DNA of 63,275 bases, counting the filler, from Choristocarpus tenellus KU-1152 (taxonomy: Eukaryota; Protista; Phaeophyceae): the NCBI GenBank assembly GCA_964200185.2. It is 11 parts of 11 records of this genome, joined end to end, with 100 filler letters (N's around TTAATTAATTAA, not from the genome) between each part and the next. Parts side by side here need not be neighbours in the genome. Positions count along the whole stretch, not along the records: positions 20,515 to 25,389 come from CAXNAD020012699.1; positions 25,490 to 34,149 come from CAXNAD020004466.1; positions 34,250 to 37,706 come from CAXNAD020019911.1; 8 more parts are not named here. The stretch is one strand, 5' to 3'. The notes under the pieces are model-generated. The model made no database searches and had not been told where the DNA came from. It was given only the letters and a program-made list of their open reading frames with translations. How positions within the stretch are numbered: the first letter of the stretch is position 1; each line of letters begins with the position of its first letter. The position numbers were made by a program, and so were the translations under genes. Of this stretch, positions 24,501 to 34,845 are shown piece by piece.

Positions 24501-25011
24501 CACAGTATGTGAAGGAAAACATGGATACTTTTGAACAGTATTTCTCATCAGCAGCAATATCTAACTCTACTTCAATGCCCCCCTTGCCCCCATTGCGACA
24601 CACCAATTGCGACGGACCATTGTGTTGTGTAATTTTCTACCGTACCAGAGCTACAAGGATAAGGACGATGAGACAAGAAGGACCCTAAGCGAAAGGACAA
24701 GGACGACGACAAGAAAGACCGCAAGAGGAAGGATAAAGGCGATGACAAGCACCATATTCGCATGTTGAAGGTACCTCACGTCTCGTTCCTCATTTCTCAA
24801 TAGTAGTGCAGAGCAACCTATCTGTGTGGTAGTCTTCCGCGGTTATGTGCAGCCAATTGCCCACACAAGGTGCACCATAAACTCGTCTTATGCGTCATTT
24901 TAATCTTTTGTATCGTCTTGGGTTTGTCCAGTGTGTGTCCTTATTGTCAATCACACACTCACTTGTTTTCTCCCTTGTTCATTTATTTTCTTCCTCTTCC
25001 TGTTGCAGTAA
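21593..25011 (+). CDS. secreted repetitive peptide precursor, one xY...HxRxLx module per micro-exon; partly disabled. Exons 21593-21703, 21949-21971+22118-22130, 22556-22636, 22977-23039(or 23057), 23301-23315, 23981-24016, 24649-24770, stop at 25009-25011
   Basis: Signal peptide MKISYLAILGLLSASA, then ...HHRELRVS | DYDHANLHRLLT | GYKENDDNKD*KRKDKDINKHYGRALS | DYKDGPYKDKNDDKYHARALS | DHDEP | EYDHEDHDRLLR | SYKDKDD(-1)DKKDPKRKDKDDDKKDRKRKDKGDDKHHIRMLK | TAA. Exons are AG-preceded, phase 0 and GT-followed, except exon 4, whose donor reads AT. The last acceptor has a long pyrimidine tract followed directly by TAA. Confidence 0.7.
21972..22113. mobile_element. MITE family B copy inserted inside a coding micro-exon
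   Basis: gggtcaaagtatctgggg...ccccagatactcttaccc with TTCA/TTCA duplication. Removing it restores gac tac gac cat gct aac ctt cat cgt ctg ctg acg|gt. Confidence 0.85.
23578..23842. mobile_element. MITE family C, copy 2
   Basis: TIR gagccaatccaattgagagg / cctcaattggtgtggctc; 4-bp TSD TGTT/TGTT. Confidence 0.8.
24030..24285 (+). mobile_element. MITE family A copy
   Basis: gagcgaaagtatcttagagggta...gatactttggctc; TSD TCT/TCT. Confidence 0.9.
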
Positions 25012-25239
25012 TTAATCGGAACTTCTACTACTAACATTCTGCATTCATAGGAGTGTCGGATGTACGCCAGCGATGCAGTTCTAAGCTCCATTAGTGACGT
25101 TAAAGCACGTGATGAGCTTCAATAATGCTAAGGATGCGCTTGGATATTATGCTCGTGTTGCTGGCTTTGTATTTGCTGTTGGTATTAAATATTCTCATTG
25201 GTTCAAGGAGAGAAATTAGAAATAGAAATAAGAGGTGGG

Positions 25240-25389
25240 GGGGCAAAGTATCTTAGAGGGTAGAGCCGTGTCCATTTGGGGTTCAAAATCCAATGTTGCG
25301 ATTTTGATGTATTTTTGACTATGGTGTTTGTTAGGAAGTGTCAATATCCTTGTTCCAGACCCACCTTTTCATAACGTATACATTTTACC
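25240..25389 (-). mobile_element. MITE family A copy, truncated by the contig end
   Basis: caaagtatcttagagggtagagccgtgtccatttgggg matches the family end. Confidence 0.85.
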
Positions 25390-26134
25390 NNNNNNNNNNN
25401 NNNNNNNNNNNNNNNNNNNNNNNNNNNNNNNNNTTAATTAATTAANNNNNNNNNNNNNNNNNNNNNNNNNNNNNNNNNNNNNNNNNNNNGGCTGTTAGTA
25501 GCTTTTCCTGTTTTTTTGAAGCGATCACACCACTTGGTGTCGAGCAGTTTAGGCTACCACAATGACCACACTGAGCTACCCAGCTAGACATGCGACTTTC
25601 TTGGGGGGTGGGCGTATATAATCCCATCGCTCCATCCCACCCCAAAGAAGTAGTCTATGCATGACTTCAAAATTTAAGAATAAACAATTATATGTGTCAG
25701 CCACAATGCTTGATTACACCCATGGCATCCTATTGTCACTTGCGTGTACTACACACAAATAGAATGTGCACTGTTCTTACTTCCAGTTCAAGTTCACAAT
25801 ATTGTGTCTATGTCATGTGCATGTCATCTTTCTGCCCCTCCTGGGTTTCTCCTTTGCCACTTAGAAGTACTTACTAGCTCCAAAGTTCAATCAATAAAAT
25901 TTAGCACCACCGATTGTGAAGTGCCCTACCTATATACACCTCTACTACTAGTACAAGGAATATTGGTAGATGCCTGTCAGAACAGGAGGGCAGAGTGTGT
26001 GAGTAGAGAAGAGTCATGCCGAGGCCACTTATTTCTTCTACGCACTACAAAATGTTTTTGTTGCTTGTTGGGGGTGTAAATGACAGTCTCAGTCCATTAA
26101 GTTGCCTCCAAGAATACAGTACTTTCAACCATTT

Positions 26135-29100
26135 CTATACCCACGGATGAACCAATTGATATGCACAGAAAATTGAGACCCTCCTGTAAAGAATGCGGAG
26201 AGTGAAGTTATTTGCAAAATATATGAGCTTAAAAATCTTGAACAAATTCAACGGCAGTTTATCAAAACTCCACTGGGTACAGGTCCCGCTGTGAACAGTG
26301 ATCTGTCCTTGGTTCACCAGAGTTTGTCCAGCAAAATGGGAAAAAGCTGATTTTTGAGGTTGTGTCAGGTTGCTTGGGATCTTCCAATCATAGATTGAAA
26401 CCACTGACTAGTCTCTCGTAATGTTGCTTTCTTGTAACTATGAGTGAGAAGATTTGATGAGAGCTGAAACAGTTGGGCAGAGTGGGGGAGGGCGACCAGG
26501 TTCAACATTCCATACCACCAGGGCGAGCTACAAATTGCTGCTGCACCTCACTTCACTTCAGCCTGGGGGGGTAGGGTTGAATCGTAGGCACCCTGGACTC
26601 TTCCCATCAGCTCTTTCAATCATGTCCATTGCTTCCTCAAAGGGCAAATGGCTAGCGGGAACATCATCCACAAATATCAAAAGGGAGCCAGCCTTGTACT
26701 TAAGGTGCCCTGCATGGACCTCAGAGGCCAGGTATGCGCCAGGGCTTTTGGTGCTTTGGCCTGCACATTGGTGGTATGGATGGGGCACAAGGTGGGTTAC
26801 GTCATTGTGGAAGGGGGGCAGAATAGTGAGAAGAGCAGCTCATATGGACATGGACTTGCAAATTCTGTGTCAACTCAGAGGAAAACCAAGCGAGGAAAAT
26901 ATTCATATAAACGGACTGTGGTATGGGGGGAGCATGTCGAAGGAGCGATGGTTCAGTGACAAAAGCAATTTTCAACAATGAGCGAAAAGGCAAAGGCAAA
27001 ACGTTTCTTGCAAAAATGTCATTCAAAAAAGACATGTTAGTGGTAATGACAGAACACTTTGCAACCGTTTTGTTTTTTTTGTTTTCCCTGATAACAAAGT
27101 GGCAAAAAGGGGAACATGCCTTCCCCTTTGCGCTTTCAATGGTTACTGAGAGTTGCAGTGACTAAGGAACTCTGTTGCTTTCTCTTAACACTGTGCCAAG
27201 GTGGGTAAAATGTGAGCCAGTGAGAGGGCAACTGCAAAAGCAACATGGAACTCTGTTTGGGGCAATATCTGCTTGGTTGAGGGTAAACTTGCTGTCCTCC
27301 CCTTCCAAAACTAGGAGTACTCTACGTATGTACTTGGAGGTTATTTATCGTCATATCAAAGGGTTTTTAAAAACAAACTGTGTATACTAAGTACATGAGG
27401 TGATACTCTTGAAAGTAAAAGTTGTACTCCTTAGTGTGACCTAAAGACATGAAAATTTCAACAAGAAGGAACACAAGATGTATCTGTACACGATCAATCA
27501 TGCCCTGTCACTGTGTGAGTCAAATTAAAGGTCAAACCACAGCACTGTCCCAAAAAATGTCCACACCTGCCTTGCTATCTCCTTCAACGACATCCAACTT
27601 ATCCACAAAAACTAAAGTATGACAAGAGTGGCTGAAGATTTGAAATAGACAGAGAGCATCATAGCCCCCCCCAGGCCAAGAACCCCTCACCACAAAAGCT
27701 CTCTGAAAGGAAAAAAACGCGTACTTGGAAGGTTTAAACCAAATACCAACCAGGGACAGTGAATAGTGATTCCTCACTTCCGTATCAAAGAAGTCCACTG
27801 CAAAAGGACACTGACATGATTAGACTTGAGCCCATGACAAATTACATGTAATAATACCAAGTCTATTATCATTATGTTTATTTGCAGAAGGACAGAATAG
27901 TTGATTATTTGTTTTTTTTTAACACTGTTTTACCCCAACTGAGCGGTAGGCCTATTCCTAAAGATCCAATACCCCTACATCCATTCACCCCATCTCTCAA
28001 GGCCCAATTTCCACAAATGTTGCAGCCCTTGAGAGAGGATATCTAGGAATTGATAAAGTAAGAACGCACAAAACAAAGGGTTGGGGAAATATCTTCTAAC
28101 AGAGCAGTACATTAGTTGAAATTAACACCTTCTGCAGGAGGCACTCACAATGACTTGAAAAATTAGAAATTGCACACAAAAACATACCGTATCACTAGCG
28201 CATGCAGTCACCTTTTTTCTTGGGTGCTGGTCGGAACTGAAGCACCACCTCCCACTCCTCGCTAGACACTGTCCCAGTATTGACCCCCTGACCCCCAGTC
28301 CCTTCTGACCTTGATGACTGGGAGGGAAACGGAGAAGGGGCAGGGGAAGTCTTCTTTACTTCCTTCTCCATGACACTGTTTTGCCTGTCTCTAGGTCCTG
28401 TAACCTTTGCCCTTCCCTCCATACTTTCATCACACTCTTCTATGCTGCTGCCTCCAACCTCCGGCACTGGTGTTCCCATGTTACTGTCACCCTCCCTGCT
28501 CTCCACGTCACAATTTTCCTCATCTGTGCAATCAATGCCATTGCTACCCTCCCACCCTCCACCTTTGTTGTTGACGCTGGAGCTGTTGTCAGAGCTCTTG
28601 TTGCTCCCTCCCTCCACATCTCTTGTCGAAGCTAGGGAAAGATTTGGTCGAGGAAGAGGCACCGCACCAGCTCTCTTTGCTCTTGACTTGATGCCTGTCT
28701 TGGCCCCCCCAGCACTTGCTACCATTGTAGCTTTGTTTACTGCCTTCACTTTCTCTTGAGCTGCTGTTGAGGTGACTTCCACTACTGTGTTCGTCTTTGG
28801 TGATGCCCCTGATTCTGCACTAGGTTTTTCTTTATTGGTCTCTGCACTGCTCCTGTCCTCCCCTCTATTGCTAATCACCCCCTTGGAACCAGCACCTGTA
28901 GCATTCATTCTCCCCACCACTGCTGCCAATGATGGAGGCTTTGTTGCCAACGTTTCACTTGTCAATAACTTTGCCTCCCCAGTTGTCTTGGACTCCTTCT
29001 CCCCAGTGCTGCCGCCTCTGCCCTCCCCATCCCCCTTTCCCCTGCCCTCCCCATCCCCCTTTCCCCTGCCCTCCCCATCCCCCTTTCCCCTGCCCCCATC

Positions 29101-32100
29101 TGTTGTTTCAATAATCAGTGGGCTTGTGTTGCTTCTTGTGATAGTACCCTTGCTGCTACCACCACAATTACTTCCACTTCTGTCTTTTTCTTTGCTTCCT
29201 TCAGTGCTGCCTCTGTGACCATCATTTTTACCCCCAGCATCATTCTTATCCCTAGACTTAGTTTCCTGCCTGTCCCTACCTGAGGTTTTGTTACGTATTC
29301 TTTGTTTCTTTGAAAGGTGCCCAGCAGGGGCACAGTTGGGGGTCTTGGTCCAGTGTGAATTAATAACTTGAAAGCTGATCTGGCAGGTAGGGCATACAAG
29401 ACCACTAGCCTTCTTTTTGCCTGTTGGAGGAGATTCTGTGCTCACTTTTTCAAAACTGTTCCCACACTTCCTATTGCTCCCTTTCACCTTTTCCTCCCCA
29501 CCACCACTAACTCTCCCACCCCAAATGGCAAGGGAAGTATCATTCTCATCATTGTTGCTCATGATATTCGGCTCCTCATGCTTGTCTTTTCCCTTTCCCT
29601 TTCCCTTATCTTTGGCTGCACTATCCACTTCCTTACCAGAGAGATGTCCTAGTGATCCTGCAGCGGTGCCTCTCCCAGCAACACTACTTCCTCCAATTCC
29701 TGCATATTGAAAACAAAATAACCTCAACATTGAATCAATCACTTTGAGTTCCAGTCACATAGTCACGTGATGGCCAACAAATCGAACTGATATACTTCAT
29801 TTTGAAGCAACAAATCTAACGTACCGTCACATTTGGTCCCATCTTTCACAAGGATTTAAATATAGGGGATAAGAAAAGGTGCAGGACTAGGGCCTGGGTA
29901 GTTAAGGGGCCAGAGCTTGTAATTTGTTGTTTGATGGTTGTGCTTCTCGACAGTAGAGTTCTATAAAATTTCATCTACATTGCACACAGCAAATGTCTTC
30001 TGCCATGCTGATGTCCACAAACATTCTGGCTTCAGTATTTCCAAACCTTGTTAGCTAAGCTTTTGGGCATCCTTGTGGACATATATTGGAATTGCTCTTT
30101 CAAGCCGCTGCATTGAGGAATTGACACACTAGTAAATTCCTCTGCCACAGAAAAAATCGATAAATTCCACATGACATAAAAAGGCACATTGAATCTGGGT
30201 ATCTCAAAATAATACTATACCAATTAACCTCAGGCATAGCTTTTTTTACAGTAATGCAGTATTTAAAGTTTTTTTCTATTGTTTGATATGTGGGTTTCCA
30301 CAAGAAAATTTATGGAATGAGAAATTCCTTAAATCATGTTCAACGCGCACAACTCATCTGTGCATCACAAAAAATCGCCACTGTAATGACTAAACTTGGC
30401 ATGTAAGAGGATTGGTGAGACAACAATTATGATGAACTTGAATATACGGTATGACATACAAGTAGTAGTTAGCAGCACAGCACATGGTAGTTCTGCAACT
30501 GCCATCTACTCCTGTTGCTTGCAGGTGGTGCCTGCAAAACCAGAGTATACTACACAGTACATATTTAGTGATTCCCACATATATGGAAGGCAACAGTCAA
30601 AGGATGTACTTATGTGGAATTCTGCAACATGTTATACGTTGTAGCAACCATCACAGTCCAATAAATCTCCTCACCCTCTGCAAATGTGATCATGCTGGGA
30701 AGGAAACAGCATTCCTTTCACACACACCTCCCACCTCTATTTGCAGGACATTTTGTCAATCAACACCGCATTCATCTTTTCCATCTCACCTGCCATTGAA
30801 GCTGGCGACACCCTTGCAGCAGGTGAGTAAACAAAACCCAAAGATGTACTCTCCTCTTCAGGTGAGGAGGATGTCACAGAGGGGGAGGAGGAGCAGGAGG
30901 ACACTGAGGAGGTTCCCTCGCTCATGGGTGAGTGGGGTGCCAAGATAAATGAACTTGTCTCTTCCATCGGAGAAAGGCTCCTCCTCCGGTGGTATTCCTC
31001 ATGCCTCAATATCCCATCTCCACTCTGCACTACTCTATCCATAGACGCCTGACCTAGCTCAGATCTACAACCTGGCCTGGTGCCTGATCCTGTCCCTTGT
31101 CCTTGTTGAGAGCTAGATTCTGACCCTTGCCATGCCTCAGAGCTCATGCTGGAGTCGGATCTTGAGCCAGGATCAGATCCACTCTCCCTTTGTAATTCTG
31201 CCACCTCTAGGGAGCAAGCTTTATGGTGGCTGTTCAGGCCCTTTTTTGAATATTGCGAGATATATTTGGCGTTAAGAGTTCAGGGAAAGACAGGAAATGA
31301 TGCAGGTGCATTGGATGCAGGTTTCACAGGAGGAGTAAAATATAAGAACCCTTCCCCCTTGATGAGCATAATATATTCGCATGTCGGACAAATAATGATT
31401 TAACTCTTTATTTGTGCTTTACAAATCAGTAGCAAAAGGTATGCCAGAAATTTGTATGTGAAGGAGGAAGGAGTGGTGAAGATGTACTCTAATCGTTTTT
31501 GCCAAGGAATCTTCCATCACAAATCAGGTACTGAGTACAACTCAAGGTTGAGGAATGATGGACAAATCCCAAGATGAGAATATAACCTTGTTGGCTAACA
31601 TGTATTTACTGATTCATTGATTTGGTTTTATCAATATTTAGAAATGACTCATCCCGATACATCAAAAGGAGATACCTCTGTATCGATGACCTGTCCCTAC
31701 CTCATCTTGATATACCAATCTTACCTTGTGATTGACTGTAAAGGAAAGAACAATGTGTACAAGCCACACTTTGTGGTTTGACAGGAAAGAATAAAGGAAA
31801 AACGAAAACCTGGGTAACCCTAACCCTAACACCAAAAAGGAAAGAACAATGGTGCACAAGTCTTAATCTATGGTTCAACAAGAAAGAATAATCTCATGCA
31901 AATACTAAGTGATTTAGTAGGAAAGAGAAATCATCCACAAATCTTCTGTTGCTGCAATTGAATAAGAAAAGGAAGATGTGTACAGTTCTTAGGTTACTAC
32001 AACTGTAATTTCATGCAGTGAGTACCTGGTCCCCTTGTTGCTCTATGATGGTATAAATAATCTCACCCCCCTTTCTAAACTGGCATGTTGTGGAAGTCCC

Positions 32101-34000
32101 AGTAGGGTCCTGGGTGGCATGACGTCTCTAGTGTGTCATGTTGGGATCCATTCATTTAATGTTAATTATTCCAAGTTGATAAAGATGTACCCATATATTA
32201 TTTATTCCATGTATCAGTGGTCAGTGCTTGCATTTCGCGTATCAGTACCACTACCTGTCATAGTGTGTTGATTTGTCAACATCTCATCACATTGTCAGAA
32301 GATTTGTCCCACCCCACTCTCAGAAATATGAGTAGCTACAAAAGATTGGGATTTGCGCTAAACCCTAAATCTTTGATTTGTTAGCGTGTGCTCCAGCGTG
32401 AATAACTCAGATTATGACAGGAACTGCCATTGATTCATCAGAAATTCGTTTGTATGCCACAAACCGGATTTGGTTGTCCAATGTGCGAATATATTCAGGA
32501 TTGACTGATAAACATGGTGTGATACAGTGGTTAAGCTTGATGCGCAGAGTGGTGACTGCAAGCAAGATATATGGGTTGTATGGAGGGTTGAACAGTCATC
32601 GGGGGTCACAGTTGGAGTTGCAATTGTGTACCAAACTGTTTAAGGTGAAAGTTTCCATTAGATTCAGGGTTACTGTTAGAATATGACAATGACTACTCCA
32701 TGCAGGTTGGACAAAGTCACAGAAGAAGTTATTGATACATTCACACTTATTGGGGTGAGCGATGAAGGTTGGAACAGAGTCTAGGTAGGTTCCATGGTCA
32801 CACCGAAGTTCCCTGCTGGTGGGCTCAGGGACAACCTCGAGGTGTAAATGAGGTGTTGTCGGTAGCATGATCAGGCCCAGAATGACTGATAAGGGTTGAA
32901 GCAACCTAGGCAGCTGGGGAAAAAAAAATCAAGGGTGTAATAGTCTGTTCATGGGCAATCTATCCAACCAGGACTGAGTAGGTTCTGAAGCAGGGTTGGC
33001 TCCTCACAAAGGAATCAGCTTCCACATATGAAGCAGTCCTACATGAGGTGCTTATGTCTATTGCTAGCCATACAAGAATGGGAAAGGTATGTCAGCTACA
33101 AGTTCTCACATTGGAGGAACAGAGGTGCAAATGCACAGGCAAGCTTCAAGATCCAGCTGAAAATAGTATATAGAAGCTTATCAGGGAACTTGCCATTATC
33201 CTTCCCTCGTGATTCCTCACATCGCTGGACTCTCGCAAGGAAATACTTCTCTCACCTTGGTCCGCTTCATGCCATATGGGTGCTTTCTCCTCCGAGCCTG
33301 TCACTCAGCGTCGACTGGAAGGTGCTCAGGCAGGAGGTGGGATTTTCTGTCGATTTTCGCTGTGACGCCTGCCTGCAGTTCATCTTCAGTTCATGGCAAG
33401 ACAAAAGACAGCGAGGTGGTTAAATTAGTTGGTACGCCGAACATGTTATACACACACCGATACTCACTACCTGGAGTGGTTATCGACTAAGTCTTGGAAG
33501 AGTTGTATCTGGACAAACAACATTTAGGAAGCAAAAAATCCCATGAATCTTACCAATAACCGTGGGTATCTCAAGAATCAACACTACGAGTGTAATAAGG
33601 CAAAGGCACCCGTTGTTGATGTTCAACGTTTTGGGGGATTGGGCGACAACTTTGAAAGCTACAATATCCATTCATCCTTGATGCCCTCCAGACAACGTAA
33701 TGACAATGTGACAAGATTCACTTGGGGAGCCTAATCAACCAACGAAGGGGCGAATGTCTAGTTGGTAGCTGCATAACACCTCTAATCAAGTCACAAAGCT
33801 CGAAGATATGTGAATCATGTCGGAAATTCTTTCTGGGCAAAGTGAAGCAGCCTATAACAGGGGGACCGAGCTCAGAACCCCTCCTGTGTTGGGGGCAAAG
33901 TTAACATCTGGGTGGATGGGGCGTTGGGAGCTCCATGAGAACCTTCTCAGTTTCTCCTGGCAGTAGGAGACCTTGCGCCTGCGCTAGTTGTGCGCATCAT
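26135..34000 (-). pseudogene. large decayed multi-exon gene or transposon-borne gene with a PDZ-like segment (~26560-26720), a 1.5-kb low-complexity exon containing a C2HC finger (~28212-29700) and a Ser-rich exon (~30825-31205)
   Basis: KAGSLLIFVDDVPASHLPFEEAMDMIERADGKSPGCLRF resembles a PDZ C-terminal half. CPTCQISFQVINSHWTKTPNC is a C2HC-like finger. Neighbouring exon-like pieces (29820-30300, 32400-33900) read as protein but contain stops and frameshifts. Outer limits are uncertain. Confidence 0.45.
29018..29100. repeat. 24-bp coding tandem repeat x3 (GRGKGDGE)
   Basis: ctgccctccccatccccctttccc repeated three times. Confidence 0.9.
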
Positions 34001-34249
34001 GCTGACACACCAAAGCTCAAACACACCCACAACATGCTTGTGTTGTTGGCAGTCTTCAACTCTTGATATTACAACTGTAGAATACAGTACCTACCCCGAT
34101 TTTGTTCACTCATGGGTATGCCCTAAAAAAGCGGCACACAATCTATATGNNNNNNNNNNNNNNNNNNNNNNNNNNNNNNNNNNNNNNNNNNNNTTAATTA
34201 ATTAANNNNNNNNNNNNNNNNNNNNNNNNNNNNNNNNNNNNNNNNNNNN

Positions 34250-34701
34250 ATCATTATGGAAGACCAAGACGAAGATGATGTCAAGGGCATGCACTCGGCA
34301 TATTCAGGTGCAACAAGGGCAGCCAGTCCAAGAGCCCCAGCCCCGGTCAGGAAGGACACCTTGCATGCTTGAGCCCTTCCACTCACACCTAGCCTATCAA
34401 GGGCAGATTTCGACAAGAAAATTTGAAACAGGTGGAAATTAATACAACGTGAAGAGATCCCGAACGAGCTATTGGTGACGGAGGAAATTCCAGAGTACTT
34501 CATCAAAAATGAGCGCCCTTTTCACCTGCGGGTGACGACATTGAGCTCCGGGACGACAGCCTCAGTAACAGTTGGCACTGGGACACCCTTCTTCGCCGAG
34601 GAGAAGAGTCGGCCGAAGCCACTCATCGCATTACGGACCAAGGCCATCTTTCTCTTCTGGTGGGAAAGTACTGGAATGAGGCTGGACCATCGAAAATTCA
34701 T
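34250..34701 (-). CDS. 5' part of a probable mitochondrion-targeted protein (exons 34701-34526 and 34393-34250, truncated)
   Basis: MNFRWSSLIPVLSHQKRKMALVRNAMSGFGRLFSSAKKG...VVTRR|LGVSGRAQACKVSFLTGAGALGLAALVAPEYAECMP: an R/S-rich presequence, a hydrophobic stretch and an AEC motif. The GT-AG intron keeps the frame. Confidence 0.55.
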
Positions 34702-34845
34702 ATTGACCTTGGGAAGGCGTGTGATTCTTGATAGGGTTCTTTTATGTGAGAAGTAGCACTATACAACTATACAACTGACAAGGTATAGTCTTGAACAACA
34801 GGGTTGTCGTTGTTCCGCCCCCTCGTGACCTCTGAGAGGGGGCGC

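Noticed and set aside
28370-29710. Plus-strand ORFs of 84-148 aa
   Set aside because: Antisense shadows of the low-complexity minus-strand exon.
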